Shown here in pieces: positions 1 through 12,264 of a stretch of DNA of 64,000 nt (its first letter is position 1; every line of letters begins with the position of its first letter). The DNA lies in contig NC_043001.1 in NCBI RefSeq assembly GCF_006345805.1, positions 24,366,001 to 24,430,000 on the forward strand. Direction: 5' to 3'. The DNA is from Octopus sinensis. Lineage: Eukaryota. The position numbers were made by a program, and so were the translations under genes. The notes under the pieces were generated by a model, which saw only the letters and a program-made list of their open reading frames with translations, did no database searches and was not told the DNA's origin.

Positions 1-1313
1 TCTAGCATTTGTAATTAAATCAGTGGTAAGCTTTTCACTGTCACAGCAAGATTTCTTGACTCTAGCATTTGTAATTAAATTCAGTGGTAAGCTTTCTCAC
101 TGTCACAGCAACATCCTTGACTCTAGCATTTGTAATTAAATTCAGTGGTAAGCTTTCCCACTGTCACAGCAACATTCCTTGACTAGCATTTGTAATTAAA
201 TTCAGTGGTAAGCTTTCCACTGTCACAGCAACATTCCTTGACTCTAGCATTCGTAATTAAATTCAGTGGTAAGCTTTCACACTGTCACAGCAAGATTTCT
301 TGACTCTAGCATTTGTAATTAAATTCAGTGGTAAGCTTTCTCACTGTCACAGCAACATTCCTTGACTCTAGCATTTGTAATTAAATTCAGTGGTAAGCTT
401 TCTCACTGTCACAGCAACATTCCTTGACTCTAGCATTTGTAATTAAATTCAGTGGTAAGCTTTCACACTGTCACAGCAAGATTTCTTGACTCTAGCATTT
501 GTAATTAAATTCAGTGGTAAGCTTTCTCACTGTCACAGCAACATTCCTTGACTCTAGCATTTGTAATTAAATTCAGTGGTAAGCTTTCAACTGTCACAGC
601 AAGATTCTTGACTCTAGCATTTGTAATTAAATTCAGTGGTAAGCTTTCTCACTGTCACAGCAACATTCCTTGACTCTAGCATTTGTAATTAATTCAGTGT
701 AAGCTTTCCACTGTCACAGCAACATTCCTTGACTCTAGCATTTGTAATTAAATTCAGTGGTAAGCTTTCTCACTGTCACAGCAACATTCCTTGACTCTAG
801 CATTTGTAATTAAATTCAGTGGTAAGCTTTCTCACTGTCACAGCAAGATTTCTTGACTCTAGCATTTGTAATTAAATTCAGTGGTAAGCTTTCTCACTGT
901 CACAGCAACATTCCTTGACTCTAGCATTTGTAATTTAATTCAGTGGTAAGCTTTCCCACTGTCACAGCAACATTCCTTGACTCTAGCATTTGTAATTAAA
1001 TTCAGTGGTAAGCTTTCTCACTGTCACAGCAAGATTTCTTGACTCTAGCATTTGTAATTAAATTCAGTGGTAAGCTTTCTCACTGTCACAGCAACATTCC
1101 TTGACTCTAGCATTTGTAATTAAATTCAGTGGTAAGCTTTCACACTGTCACAGCAAGATTTCTTGACTCTAGCATTTGTAATTTAATTCAGTGGTAAGCT
1201 TTCCCACTGTCACAGCAACATTCCTTGACTCTAGCATTTGTAATTTAATTCAGTGGTAAGCTTTCCACTGTCACAGCAACATTCCTTGACTCTAGCATTT
1301 GTAATGAAATTCA
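1..1313. repeat. 62-bp tandem satellite/minisatellite, about 21 full units plus a partial unit, running off the window start
   Basis: Unit TCTAGCATTTGTAATTAAATTCAGTGGTAAGCTTTCTCACTGTCACAGCAACATTCCTTGAC repeated head to tail with no spacers. Two main variants (AACATTCC vs AAGATTTC) and a few 1-2 nt indels. Confidence 0.97.
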
Positions 1314-2389
1314 GAAGGACGTTCTGATCTAGGCTCATGAAGCAATTTAAAATTGCCATGTCTGAACTCAAACTACCTCCTGCAAATTCTTTCATTGTCT
1401 TCCCTTGCGCTAGCATGGCCACAGCTCGTGAGCTGAAACTAGATAAAATAAAAATTACGCCTTCTGAACATATTTTTTTGCTGCCTTGTATTAGAACTAA
1501 ATGAAACTTGTAAAGGGTAATGTAACAGATAGCCTCTTAGCTTGGTTGTACGATGATTTTCTTTATATACAAAAATATTGTCGCTCTATAGGAATTTATC
1601 ATCACCATCATCATCATTTAACATTTTTTTTTTTTTGTGACATGGGTTAGATAGTTTCATGTCAGGAATTCTTCATGAAATGATTATGTATCAATGGACG
1701 CCACCAATACTTATAGCTTTTAGAGAACCCCACCTAGAAAACTGATTTCAACAGGTTCAAACTCATAATCGGACAGAACTTTCTATACAGCCTTCATATA
1801 TACATATACACACATATGTGTTTGCAATGACGTGCGCACACACACAAACACATACACACACACACTTGCATGTGTTGTTTTAAAATTCCTAGTTAACTTG
1901 TATATAATTTAATAACACATGACAGTATGTAAATCTGCCAGCCTCTCCTCTTTCTTATTCATGACCATCACATAACCAAGTATCTCTATTTGAAGGTGGA
2001 TGAAGATGTTATATTTCTTCTCTTCATCAATTTCCATTTTAGTTTTCTGGAAACATGTGCTTTGAATTATTTTTCACAATTATTTTTCTCATGCTTGTCT
2101 ATTTCCAAGAATTACTAACTGCTGTTCTGTTGCTGCTGTTGATACTACTACTACTAATACTACTACTACTACTAACTTTACTGACATTTTGTACTTTTAT
2201 AAATTTTTCGACACTGGGCAGTCTCTTGAAATTGCCCATTACTGCTTCTGTTACTACTGATGAGGAATTTGGTATGAGAAGACAATAATATAAAAGTGCT
2301 ACTGTCACTTTTATGGCGTTCACTGCTCTCTTACTCAATAATAATAATAATAATAATGATAATAAGAAGAATAATGATGGACTCTCCTG

Positions 2390-2680
2390 TCGGAGATGAC
2401 ATATGAGTGTTTAGCTTTTGCTGAATGACCTGCACAAATGATTTGTTTATTGTGATCAAATGTTCGTGCAGCACATTATTTCACTCTCTCCATCAAGTTG
2501 ACTGAACAGGTATATGACGTACCATACATCAAGTATTGAAGTGATCATACATCAAGTATTGAAGTGAACATGAGACGATGTGTTTTGCTCAAGAACACAA
2601 CACACCACCTGGTCTAGGAATCAAAATTATGGTTGCTAGATATTGAGTGCAACACTCTAACCACTAAGCCATGTACCTGC
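2390..2680 (-). mobile_element. Degenerate tRNA-derived SINE (family D)
   Basis: Reverse complement has GGTACATGGCTTAGTGGTTAGAG (A box) and GTGTTGTGTTCTTGAGCAAAACAC, matching the copies at 22680 and 23987. Confidence 0.65.
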
Positions 2681-2719
2681 ATATAATAATAATAAAAAAA
2701 AAAAATAATAATAATAATA

Positions 2720-2997
2720 TGGAGGTGCAATGGCCCAGTGGTTAGGACAGTGGACTCGCGGGCGGAGGATCGTGGTTTTGATTCCCAGACTGGGCGTTGT
2801 GTGTGTTTATTGAGCGAAAGCACCTAAAGCTCCACGAGGCTTTTGCAGGAGGTGGTGGTGACCCCTGTTGTACTCTTTCACCCCAACTTTCTCTCACTCT
2901 CTCTTCCAGCCGAGGGGAACACATACTCCACAGAAACCAGGAAACCGGGCCCATGAGCCTGGCTAGGCTTGAAAAGGGTGCATAAATAAATAAATAA
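2720..2997 (+). mobile_element. tRNA-derived SINE (family C)
   Basis: TGGCCCAGTGGTTAGG A box, B-box-like GGTTTTGATTCCC and (AAAT)n tail; near-identical to 28771-29120. Confidence 0.85.
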
Positions 2998-3249
2998 AAT
3001 GCACTAAAATATGATATTGTACTGTACTTTGAGAAGCAACAATCCATTTTAGAAAGAAACTTTCTTTCTTTCACAGGCAATTAATTAACACAAATTAGTA
3101 CAAATTCTCTGTACTCTAATTAACAATACATTTTCCTTTCTTTTTTATGTGGCACCATAACCAGTGCTTTTTACGTGGCACCAGCACTGATATCAATTCT
3201 TCTGTGGTGGATGGGTATTCTTGAATACAGCAAGGTGCCAAATGTCTTG

Positions 3250-3530
3250 ATTTTTTTGTCATCTCTTTTGTACGGCTCAGTGTCTTGAGATTGGCTTTCA
3301 GGACTTTGTCCCATGTCTTCCTGGGTTTCCATTTTCCACAAGTTCCATCTGCTTCAAGCTATAGGCACTTCTGTATAAAACTATCCATATTCATATGCAT
3401 CACATGACCAAACCAGCACAGTCTTCTCTCTTGCATACTGCATCTAATTTCTGTTATACCTAACTTTTCTCTTAATACACCAGCACTGTATCACACATGT
3501 ACACTGACATTACACACCCATCAGAGTTTC
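3250..3530 (-). mobile_element. RTE-clade LINE 3' ORF remnant
   Basis: Minus strand reads ...LREKLGITEIRCSMQERRLCWFGHVMHM...GKWKPRKTWDKVLKANLK, the RTE C-terminal RLRWFGHV/GRPRKTW signature, with stop codons. Confidence 0.8.
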
Positions 3531-4714
3531 CTTCTTTCGAAACTTTTTACCTTCCTTGGTGCTACTTGTGATTTTTCACTGCTCTGCAGCATCTATTTGC
3601 TTTCCATCATCTTGCAACAATGTGCAGGATAAGGTACTACAATGGAGGCAATCCTTGACTTCCTTGTCGGTGGCTTTTGGCAATGAGAACAAAATGAATC
3701 TTTCACCTGTCTTCAGAACTATGACTGGTGTTGTAGTTTCTGAGGTCAGCAGTTGTTTCTTCTAGTCTTCCAACTTCCCTGGTCAGTGAGCCTTCAACCA
3801 CTTCTTACTACCACTTGTATAGTAACTGGATTTTCTGCTCTGTATCCTTTCACCATTCATTGTGGTGTATTGCTCTGGAATATTCCTGTAGTCTTTGAAG
3901 GCCATTAGGACTTAGATGGCTATGCAGACCCCCATCACCACTCCACTTCTGATCATGTGTAATTTCTAGTTACTTTGAGGCTCATCACTTACCTGTACTA
4001 AGTTCCGAAGGTGATGGACCAAGTATTAATCTCACTACCAATTTCAGTATTCTATGTATGGCACCACAGTCTGTGGAGGGATTTATGATGCACCAGTTCT
4101 GCTTGTTACCTTGATCTATTCTGAGTCTTAAGGACCAGGTATGTGCTACCATATGCTGTACACAGGCATCTTTACATACTCTGACCAAAGCTTCTTCTCA
4201 CTCTTCTTTTGTGTTCATATGGAAGTCCATTCCAATTTTAGTTAAGTATAGGCGTATTACTTTTACCCTTGTTCATTCTTGGGTGTATTGCTTGAGCAAG
4301 AAAGCACTGGCCTATATAACACTCCTCTCCTATGATTTTTTTGTTCATTCTGAAACAGTAGCTTTCATCCATCATTTTTTTGTAGCTCACCCCATGAGGG
4401 AAAATGTTATTGAAATGTGTTTTTTAATGTTCTATAAACATCCAGTCCCTGTGCATGTATCAATAATCTTTGTGTGTCTAATTAAGAGTTTGGAAGTATA
4501 CTTGTTTTCATTTAGTGCTACCAGCTTTGTGAGAATTTCCTCCTCTGACAGCCACCTAAATGGATGTCACTTCAAAGCTATTGAAAATGGGAAGGAGAAA
4601 TCTATTTTATATGTCATGAAAAGAAATTATTATTTCAAATAATTCTAGGTAAATCATTTTGGAAGACAATAAATATTCTGTTACTTCTTTATTGATAGAT
4701 ATATATATATACAT

Positions 4715-5010
4715 ATATTATGTGAAATAGAAAGATGAATAATCTTGTTGCAGATTAATCAAAAGTTTAACCGATACCTTGGTAGCAAAAATCACAGCAG
4801 AAGACAGCACGGTTGGAGGTACAACCATATGGTGTTGCAACCGTGCGTTGGTGCGGATAATTGAATTTTAATATTATTATTGAATTGAAGAAATGGAATT
4901 GAACGAAGATTGAACAGAAATCGTTTTATTTCATTCTACACGTGTTTCGAAAGGCACAATTTACCAAATTCCGATTGAATAATGAGACCATATTGTGTCT
5001 TTCTCTTCAT
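4715..5010 (-). mobile_element. Penelope-like element (PLE) terminal-repeat remnant with a truncated minimal hammerhead core, between (TA)n tracts
   Basis: Minus strand TGAAGAG-AAAGACACAAT...ATTGTGCCTTT-CGAAACACGTGTA followed by AATAAA. Confidence 0.6.
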
Positions 5011-5027
5011 ATGTATATACATATATG

Positions 5028-5104
<77 letters not shown>

Positions 5105-5191
5105 AATAAGGATAATATCGATATTTGAATATCAATATTATCAAGTGGCCAGCATGGGAAAAAATACCATACAAAGGTAATAATTTTTTAC

Positions 5192-5371
5192 AACTAAAAA
5201 TAAGGGTGTCTGAGAGACACCACCATGCCGAAATAGCAGTCAAATCCCTGACTCTAAAAACCTCTGTCTTATCTCATGGTGCGATATGAACATTTAAGGT
5301 GGTTTTTAGAGTCAGGGATTTGACTGCTATTTCAGCATGGTGGTATCTCTCAGATACCCTTATTTTTAGTT
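5192..5371. repeat. Long inverted repeat (71-bp arms, 38-nt loop, 3 mismatches)
   Basis: 5192-5262 AACTAAAAATAAGGG...CTCTAAAAACC is the reverse complement of 5301-5371. Confidence 0.95.
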
Positions 5372-5492
5372 ATATATATATGTATGTGTATATATATATG
5401 TATGTATATATGCATGTATATATATATGCATATATATATGTATGCATATATATATATATGTGTATGTATATATATATGCATATATATATGTA

Positions 5493-5545
<53 letters not shown>

Positions 5546-5583
5546 GCATATATATGCATATATATATGCATATATATATATGC

Positions 5584-5624
<41 letters not shown>

Positions 5625-5690
5625 TATACATATATACATGTACATATACATATATATATATACATACATATATGTATATATATATATATA
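5372..5690. repeat. Compound (TA)n/(TATG)n microsatellite
   Basis: Directly visible; source of the YI-repeat pseudo-ORFs. Confidence 0.97.
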
Positions 5691-7074
5691 ATTTTAAAGA
5701 TATGGAGAGAAATGTGCAGTATGTAGTAAACAGCAGTTCAGCCTTTTTGCCCTGTACATATTTTAGATAAATTGTTTTCATGGACCTTATAGCTTTTATC
5801 ATCAGTGTACTTTTGTCTTGATTTAATAATCTGATAAAGAAATTAACATATCCTTTGCATTAGGTAAGTTTTACGCTGTTTTCTTTTTATCTGATACTCA
5901 GGTAATAAAGGAGGTAGTAACCATAACTGACCATGGTCCTTCTGTTCCAGAAGGTTTACGGCATGGTGATAAATTGAGATTGTGTGCACAAAAATTTTGC
6001 TCAATATGTTTAAACTTAGAAGTTAGCAAGACTGCATGGATAGATAGTGGTTTGTCAGAGAAATGTGCTTTGGTGATGGCTTTATTGCATATTTTTGAGA
6101 CATTGATTTTGCTAAGAAAACAACAGAGAGAAAATATTGGTACAGCATGAAGTTTTGCATCTGAATTACAGTTTTATCAAAGATGAAAGGAAAAAAAAAT
6201 CATGATTTGTCTGGAATTAGTAATTGATTATATTATTTTTAAGTAATAACAGTATGTGTTTTTAAATATTGTATTTGAAGAAATATTTGAACAGGTTTTA
6301 AATGGTATGTCTTTAAATATATTCGAACTAGAATCATTGCTTTAAATTTTGCTTTTAAAAGAAATGAAAGAGAACCTATGAAATCTATTGTTGATGTTAA
6401 ACTATTTTATTACAACCAAGACATCCTTAAATTTATCTGTTATAAAACCCATTAAACTGAGAGATACGTAAATATTCACATTTTAAAACAAAACAGAAGG
6501 TGCAGATATAAAAATGAATTCATATGAGAGTGAATAAAATTTGAGTGCTCAGTCAGATTTATAATCAGAATTTCTTGTTTAGTCAAAAGCTAACCCTGAT
6601 CAAAATCGCTTCAATCATGATCATCTCACCTTATTTTTCAGGTTAGTATAGCCAGACTACATTTATCTCATATCTCATTCTTTACTTTTAAGATACTAAT
6701 ATATGGTTAAGGGAAATTTAGTTGCTATTTCTAGAAGAGTCTTCCACATTAACTTGGTTTTACCTTGTTATTTCATTATTAACAAGAATTCTGAATATTC
6801 TTATTCTCATATGTACTTTTGATATCTGCACAATTTGCTTTTGTTATTACTGTAAAATTACATTATAGAGAAAGTGTTCGAATGTCATTCTATCTAGATG
6901 TGTTATGTATGGAGTAGAGAACAAATTTATTCTTTCATAACTAATATCGACTGGGAATTAGAAATTCATTCACCATGTATAAGACGACCATATTAGTTTA
7001 CATGCCCATACTCACCTACACACACACATATACTCATGAACTTTTATATATCATCTTTTTTACATAGCATCACC

Positions 7075-7467
7075 ATCATTTAACATCTTCTTTTCCATGT
7101 TTGAGTTCCTATGGTCAGATGCCCTTCCGGTCATCAACCCATACCTGTTTCCAAGTAAGGTAATATTTCCTTGTAGCTGAGCATGTTTTTTTTTTTACAG
7201 AAGATTGGAAATCAACAACTTCACTTCTATGACAATGATGCTTTACAAACATTATGTGATATCTAAACAAAAATACACAAACACCCATCCAAACATACAC
7301 ACACATGCACACACACATGCACTCACATATATGACAGGCTTCCGTCAGTTTCTCTCCACCAAGTCCACTCATAACACTTTAGTTGGCCTGAGCTTATATG
7401 CCCAAAGAGCCACACAGTGGACTGAACACAAGATCACATGGTTGAGAAACAAGCTTCTTAACCACAG
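7075..7467 (-). mobile_element. Old SINE with a family-A-like head and an RTE-like (CAT)n tail
   Basis: Degenerate match to the family A head (CAGTTTC...CCACTCA...CCACACAGTGGACTGAAC) plus the GATGCCCTTCC and TTTAACATC...TTCCATG tail motifs. Confidence 0.55.
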
Positions 7468-8308
7468 AATTACATCAGTGTCTGTATATGAGAATAAGAA
7501 TTATTAATCTACTTTGTCAAATCCTTTATTGACAAAATTGATAAACTTTAAGATCATAATATCCAAAAAGGAAACAAAATCATGCAATTAATCAGTCATT
7601 GTTAGGTTTTCAATGAATTAAATTTGAATAATTTTGTTTTTGGATTTGAGAGTCAAGACTATTGAAAAGGTTGCAAGACACAACGAAAATTTTAGGAAAA
7701 TAAAAATAAGAAATAAGTGGAAATTTTACTGGTGAGTGTGTTCGATTATAAGGTACAAAAAAAAATGACTCTCCCCAAACACAGCAAAATTTGAATAAGC
7801 AAATTTAAAATTGAAGTGTGATTCTAAAAACTAAAAGATTCATAGAAAGCAAAGATTTTTAAAACAATTGCATAAAAAAAATTTGAAAAATATTTGTAAA
7901 AGCATTTTTCAAAATTGAAAGAAATTAAAAAAAAGAAAGAACAGGACAACAGTAAAGTTTTCTTTCAAGATACTGGTAGTATTGTTTGAAAACCAGTATA
8001 TCTGGAAACCATAACCATGGGTGATTTACCATTTAACTATGACTTGAAATATCAAAATGAATCTTCCCATCTTCATCATCCCATTCACTAGCATCATCAA
8101 CATTTCATTTATCATTGTTAAACTGAAATGTCATTTACTAACTCTAGAAAAAAATTAACTGATATCTTTGAAGAGAAAATATGAGTGAATGTTCGAAGAT
8201 CAGTCTAATTTCTCTGATATTTAGACTTACTACATGTCTGGTTATAGCGATTTGCTAGTTGATAAATGGTATATTGCAAGTTTTCATGTTTTCACTGTAT
8301 TCTTACAG

Positions 8309-8356
8309 TCCGTCTCCTGAAGTAAAAGATATTCAACCTCCAGATAGTCCTTGCAG
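8309..8356 (+). CDS. Predicted internal exon, 48 nt, phase 2-2: xPSPEVKDIQPPDSPC(R)
   Basis: Acceptor ttttcactgtattcttacag, donor gttagt, length divisible by 3, open frame compatible with the downstream exons. Confidence 0.7.
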
Positions 8357-8399
8357 GTTAGTAAGATTGTGTGTATACTCAAATAAAAGGTTTTGTCTC

Positions 8400-8438
<39 letters not shown>

Positions 8439-9556
8439 TATGCATGCGTGTGTGTGTGTGTGTGTGTGTGAGTAATGCATTTTTTATAAACTAAAAGCTT
8501 TTCCTGTCCATTTAACCACAATCAGTTTAATACTAAAATCATGTCTTACTAAAAATATTTGTTCCTCTACTAAAAAGAATTTTTTTACTAAAACCTTTAA
8601 TTTTATTCAAAACCTTCCTTAATAATCTCATTTATTAAAAAAATACATTACTTTAGGAAATAAAACAAGAGTTAATTTCATTGTATTACAAAGACAGTCC
8701 TGATCAAATTTGAAATTCAGTCTGTTCTTAAGCCTGAAATATACACTAAAAATTATATTTATAGTGTTGATTTATACTTTAACTATAATCAAATTTTCAA
8801 ACATTACAAATCTACACAATATGATTCTAATAATTGAATGTGCATACATATATGCATACAGACCCACCCACAAAATACAAATTCTCTCTCTCTCGCTCTC
8901 TCCAAACACACAAACACACACAAATATTTGAAATAATTACTTTTACAAGAATTGTGCAGTGTCCCTCACTTTGGAATCTGTCTAAGATTATTTGATTATG
9001 TTAATGTGGATAAGGCAATTGTTATTGACTGAAGAGACACAATCATGTTAAAACACTGGCGTCTCAAAGTCTTCCTACATCCCTGAAATGTGTATGTTTT
9101 GTCAGTACACATCAGTACACATTGTCTGAAAGGAAATATTGTTCTCCAAAGGTGAGCTACAACACCGATTAGAATATTCTTATTCATATCCATTGGAATA
9201 TGTTACAAATCAATATCTACAAATTCTTTAAATTTCTTCTCTCTTACATGCTTATGATAACTGGCAGACATCAACATATACCAGCAAATAATTTGTTTTG
9301 CTGAATTCTATAAACAAGTACAGCCATTCATGTGTAGATTTAGAGACCTGAGGTTAGCTTTAACTGTAGAGATACAATCACACTGAAGCACCAGTCATCC
9401 TACATTGCTAGATTGTGTCTGTTGCTAACAGGCATCATCTAAAAGGGGAAATTGTTTTCTTATAAGGTGAAATACAATAATGATTAGTATATTCATAGTC
9501 ATATTTGCTGGGTCATGTTAAAATTGAATATGCACGTTATTGTTTTCATTCTTACT

Positions 9557-10257
9557 CAGGGTTGGCCGCCCTGAGGCCCGTGGGGCACATGCAGCCTGCT
9601 TGATACTTTTTTGAAATGGATTTATTTAAAAAAACGTTTTAAAAATGTTATCAAAAACTAACAGTATCGCCTGGCGTTACTCGGGTTTGTTTCGACCCTT
9701 TAGAATTGGAATTTTTGAAAAGTAAAAATTTTGCATTATGTAGCTTGTTATTCTCTTTAAGTGAACATTTTTCTGGTTGAAATACACCGAAAAATGGCGA
9801 CACAGCAGTCAAAAAATCATTAAAAAATAGGGATTTTCATAGAAAAAAGCACCTTTTTGATGTAAATAATTTTTGGTGTTAGCATTGTCCAATTTGAATT
9901 TTTCTTCTATGGAATGAAGAGCAAGCCTTCTTTTATCATACTTTCAATTTTGGTCAACTTGCGCCACAGGGTCTCGGAGGAGATAGTGTTAGTTGAAGGC
10001 TACCAAACCTGCCATTCACAGACAACTTCAGCTTTATATAGAGAGAGATTAAAGATTTTAATGAAAAGTAAAACAAGGAAGCTACTACTGTTTTTGCAAC
10101 GATAATATTTTATGTTGAATCAATGATCATTCATTCATTATTGTAATAATAGCATGAGAAAGCAAAATGCTTTCAATTCTGTCAGCATACAAGTGGCTCT
10201 CAAATGTCTTTTTGTGATTAAAGTGGCCTGCAATGTAATTCGAGTTGGCCAGGCCTG
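9557..10257. mobile_element. hAT-type MITE interrupted by a Helitron-like element
   Basis: Imperfect TIRs CAGGGTTGGCC...GGCCAGGCCTG; perfect 8-bp TSD TTCTTACT (9549-9556 and 10258-10265). Confidence 0.85.
9658..10048 (-). mobile_element. Non-autonomous Helitron-like element
   Basis: Minus strand starts TCTCTCTATATAAAGCTG and ends with a CCCGAG...CCAGG hairpin plus TTAG (CTAG in the 32290 copy). Three copies in the window. Confidence 0.75.
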
Positions 10258-10636
10258 TTCTTACTGTGTGTGGGTTCATTATAATTTAAGATTAAAAAAC
10301 AATTTATTTTAAAGTTCATGAGAAGACATAAAAAAAAATTTGCTTAATATTAACCAAAGATTTTTAAAAATGCAACGAAGATACAATTTTTAATTTTGAA
10401 GTAAAAAATATTATGTACCATAAAATATTTTGAGTTTTGGACAAACTGCTTCTCAATAAGCATTCTTTTCTTTCTCCCCTCAATGCTTTTTATCAGTCTG
10501 TGTTTCTCTCTTTCTGGATGAAATCAGGTATTATCAGATCTGGAAAGAGAGAGAGAGAGAGAGGGGGCCGAGAGAGAGAGGGATAGAGAGAGAGAGAGAG
10601 GAAAAAGAGAGAGAGACTCGTCTGGACATATAGTGT

Positions 10637-11003
10637 ACCAGCAGTATCGCCCGGTGTTGCTTGGGTTTGTTTCGACCCTTTAGAATTGGAATTTTTGAAA
10701 AGTAAAACTTTAAGTGAACATTTTTCTGGTTGAAATACACCGAAAAATGGCGACACAGCAGTCAAAAAATCATTAAAAAATAGGGATTTTCATAGGAAAA
10801 AAGCACCTTTTTGATGTAAATAATTTTTGGCGTTAACATGGTCCGATTTGAATTTTTTCTTCTATGGAAGGAAGAGCAAGCCTTCTTCTATCATACTCTC
10901 AATTTTGGTCAACTTGTGCCGCAGGGTCTTGGAGGAGATAGTGTTAGTTGAAGGCTACCAAATCTGCCATACACAGGCAACTTCAGCTTTATATATAGAG
11001 AGA
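10637..11003 (-). mobile_element. Non-autonomous Helitron-like element (same family as 9658)
   Basis: Closely matches 9658-10048 apart from a short internal deletion. Confidence 0.75.
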
Positions 11004-11887
11004 TTTATATATAAAGGAATATATAAATGTGGAACAGAAATGCTTCCAAATTTGAAACTCAGAATGACAATGATAGAAGTTTCACCAGGTGTCTGTGTGT
11101 GTGCGTCTGTGTGATTTTTATCTGATGTGTTAATCTATATGATTGAGTATAAGCACGTTTTAATCATTGTTACTAGTTTGTGTGAACATTTCTATAAGTG
11201 TCTTTAAATATACTAATAATTTTAGATGAAGGCGAGAATCTTAGTTCCATATCAAAATAAATGTTTTCTCCATCTTTTTTTACTGCTTGCTTTGATTGAA
11301 TGATTGATTAATTGACTGACTGATTGATTGATTTTTAAATATAATTTATTGATATGAAATGAACTGATAGCTTAGCAGTGTTCTTAATTAATATTCAAAT
11401 TAAAGGTGTCAACCAAGTTCTTGATTTGTGCTCTAGTTCCAGCTGCTCTCCCATATAATGTACATTGCAATTGCTTCCATGTTGATTTCTTCTTAAAGTC
11501 TTACTGTGCTATTTGTTTGTTTTTTTCTTTTTAAATCAGAAAATTTCAATTAATTAAATAATTTCGATCAATGTTACACGGATTTCTGATGGGAAAATAG
11601 ATTATGATCTCCAAGTGAATTTGAAGTGAGGAGATATTGGAACAAACACTTTCCAGTAATAAGTTCTGAGCCCAAAGCTATTGCTGGGATGAATAAACTG
11701 GTTTAAGAAGTTTTGGACAATTTCTATATTAAATATTGTTATAGATATCAAAGAAAACTTCTCTGAAGGATAATTCATTATTAAAATAACAGAAACTTGT
11801 TAAATGAATCACAATTCACTGCTATAGGAAACAATGTGAACATAATAGAAGTTGAGGAACATATTACTTATAGTTTATGAAAGCTCC

Positions 11888-12264
11888 TCTCTTTTACTGT
11901 TTTATTTGTTTCAGTCATTTGACTGTGACCATGCTGGAGCACTGCCTTTAGTCGAGCAAATCAACCCCAGGACTTATTCTTTGTAAGCCTAGTACTTATT
12001 CTATCAGTCTCTTTTGCTGAACCGCTAAGTTACGGAGATGTAAACACACCAGAAACAGTTGTCAAGCGATGTTGGGGTGACAAACACACACACATATACA
12101 TATATACGATGGGCTTCTTTCAGTTTCCATCTACCAAATCCACTTACAAGGCTTTGGTCAGCCCGAGGCTATAGTAGAAGACACTTGCCCTAGGTGCCAC
12201 ACAGTGGAACTGAACTCAGAACCATGTGATCGGTAAGCAAGCTACTTACCACACAGCCACTCTT
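11888..12264 (-). mobile_element. tRNA-derived SINE family A (most abundant; internal CA/TA tract, GTAAAAGA tail)
   Basis: Head GAGTGGCTGTGTGGTAAG, B-box-like GTTCAGTTCC, tail CCAGCATGG.CACAGTCAAATGACTGAAAC; about 11 copies in the window. Confidence 0.9.

Noticed and set aside
1-1313. CRISPR-like array
   Set aside because: Units are contiguous and near-identical with no unique spacers, there are no cas genes, and the context is eukaryotic.
1231-1422. 63-aa minus-strand ORF as a gene
   Set aside because: It runs into a 62-bp (non-triplet) satellite and has no recognisable motif or splice support.
2055-2338. Leu-rich and Ser-rich ORFs
   Set aside because: Translations of an imperfect (CTA/CTG)n tract.
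3550-4420. Possible gag/ORF1 remnant on the minus strand
   Set aside because: Only a weak C-x2-C hint and many stops; too degenerate to call.
5299-5802. YI-repeat ORFs (also at 31580-31992, 40718-41149, 49789-50335 and 51236-51481)
   Set aside because: Artefacts of (TA)n microsatellites.
6630-6650. ttatttttcAG|GTTAGT recursive-splice-like site
   Set aside because: It lies in a degenerate interspersed repeat also seen near 24710, 30230 and 59350, so it is likely incidental.
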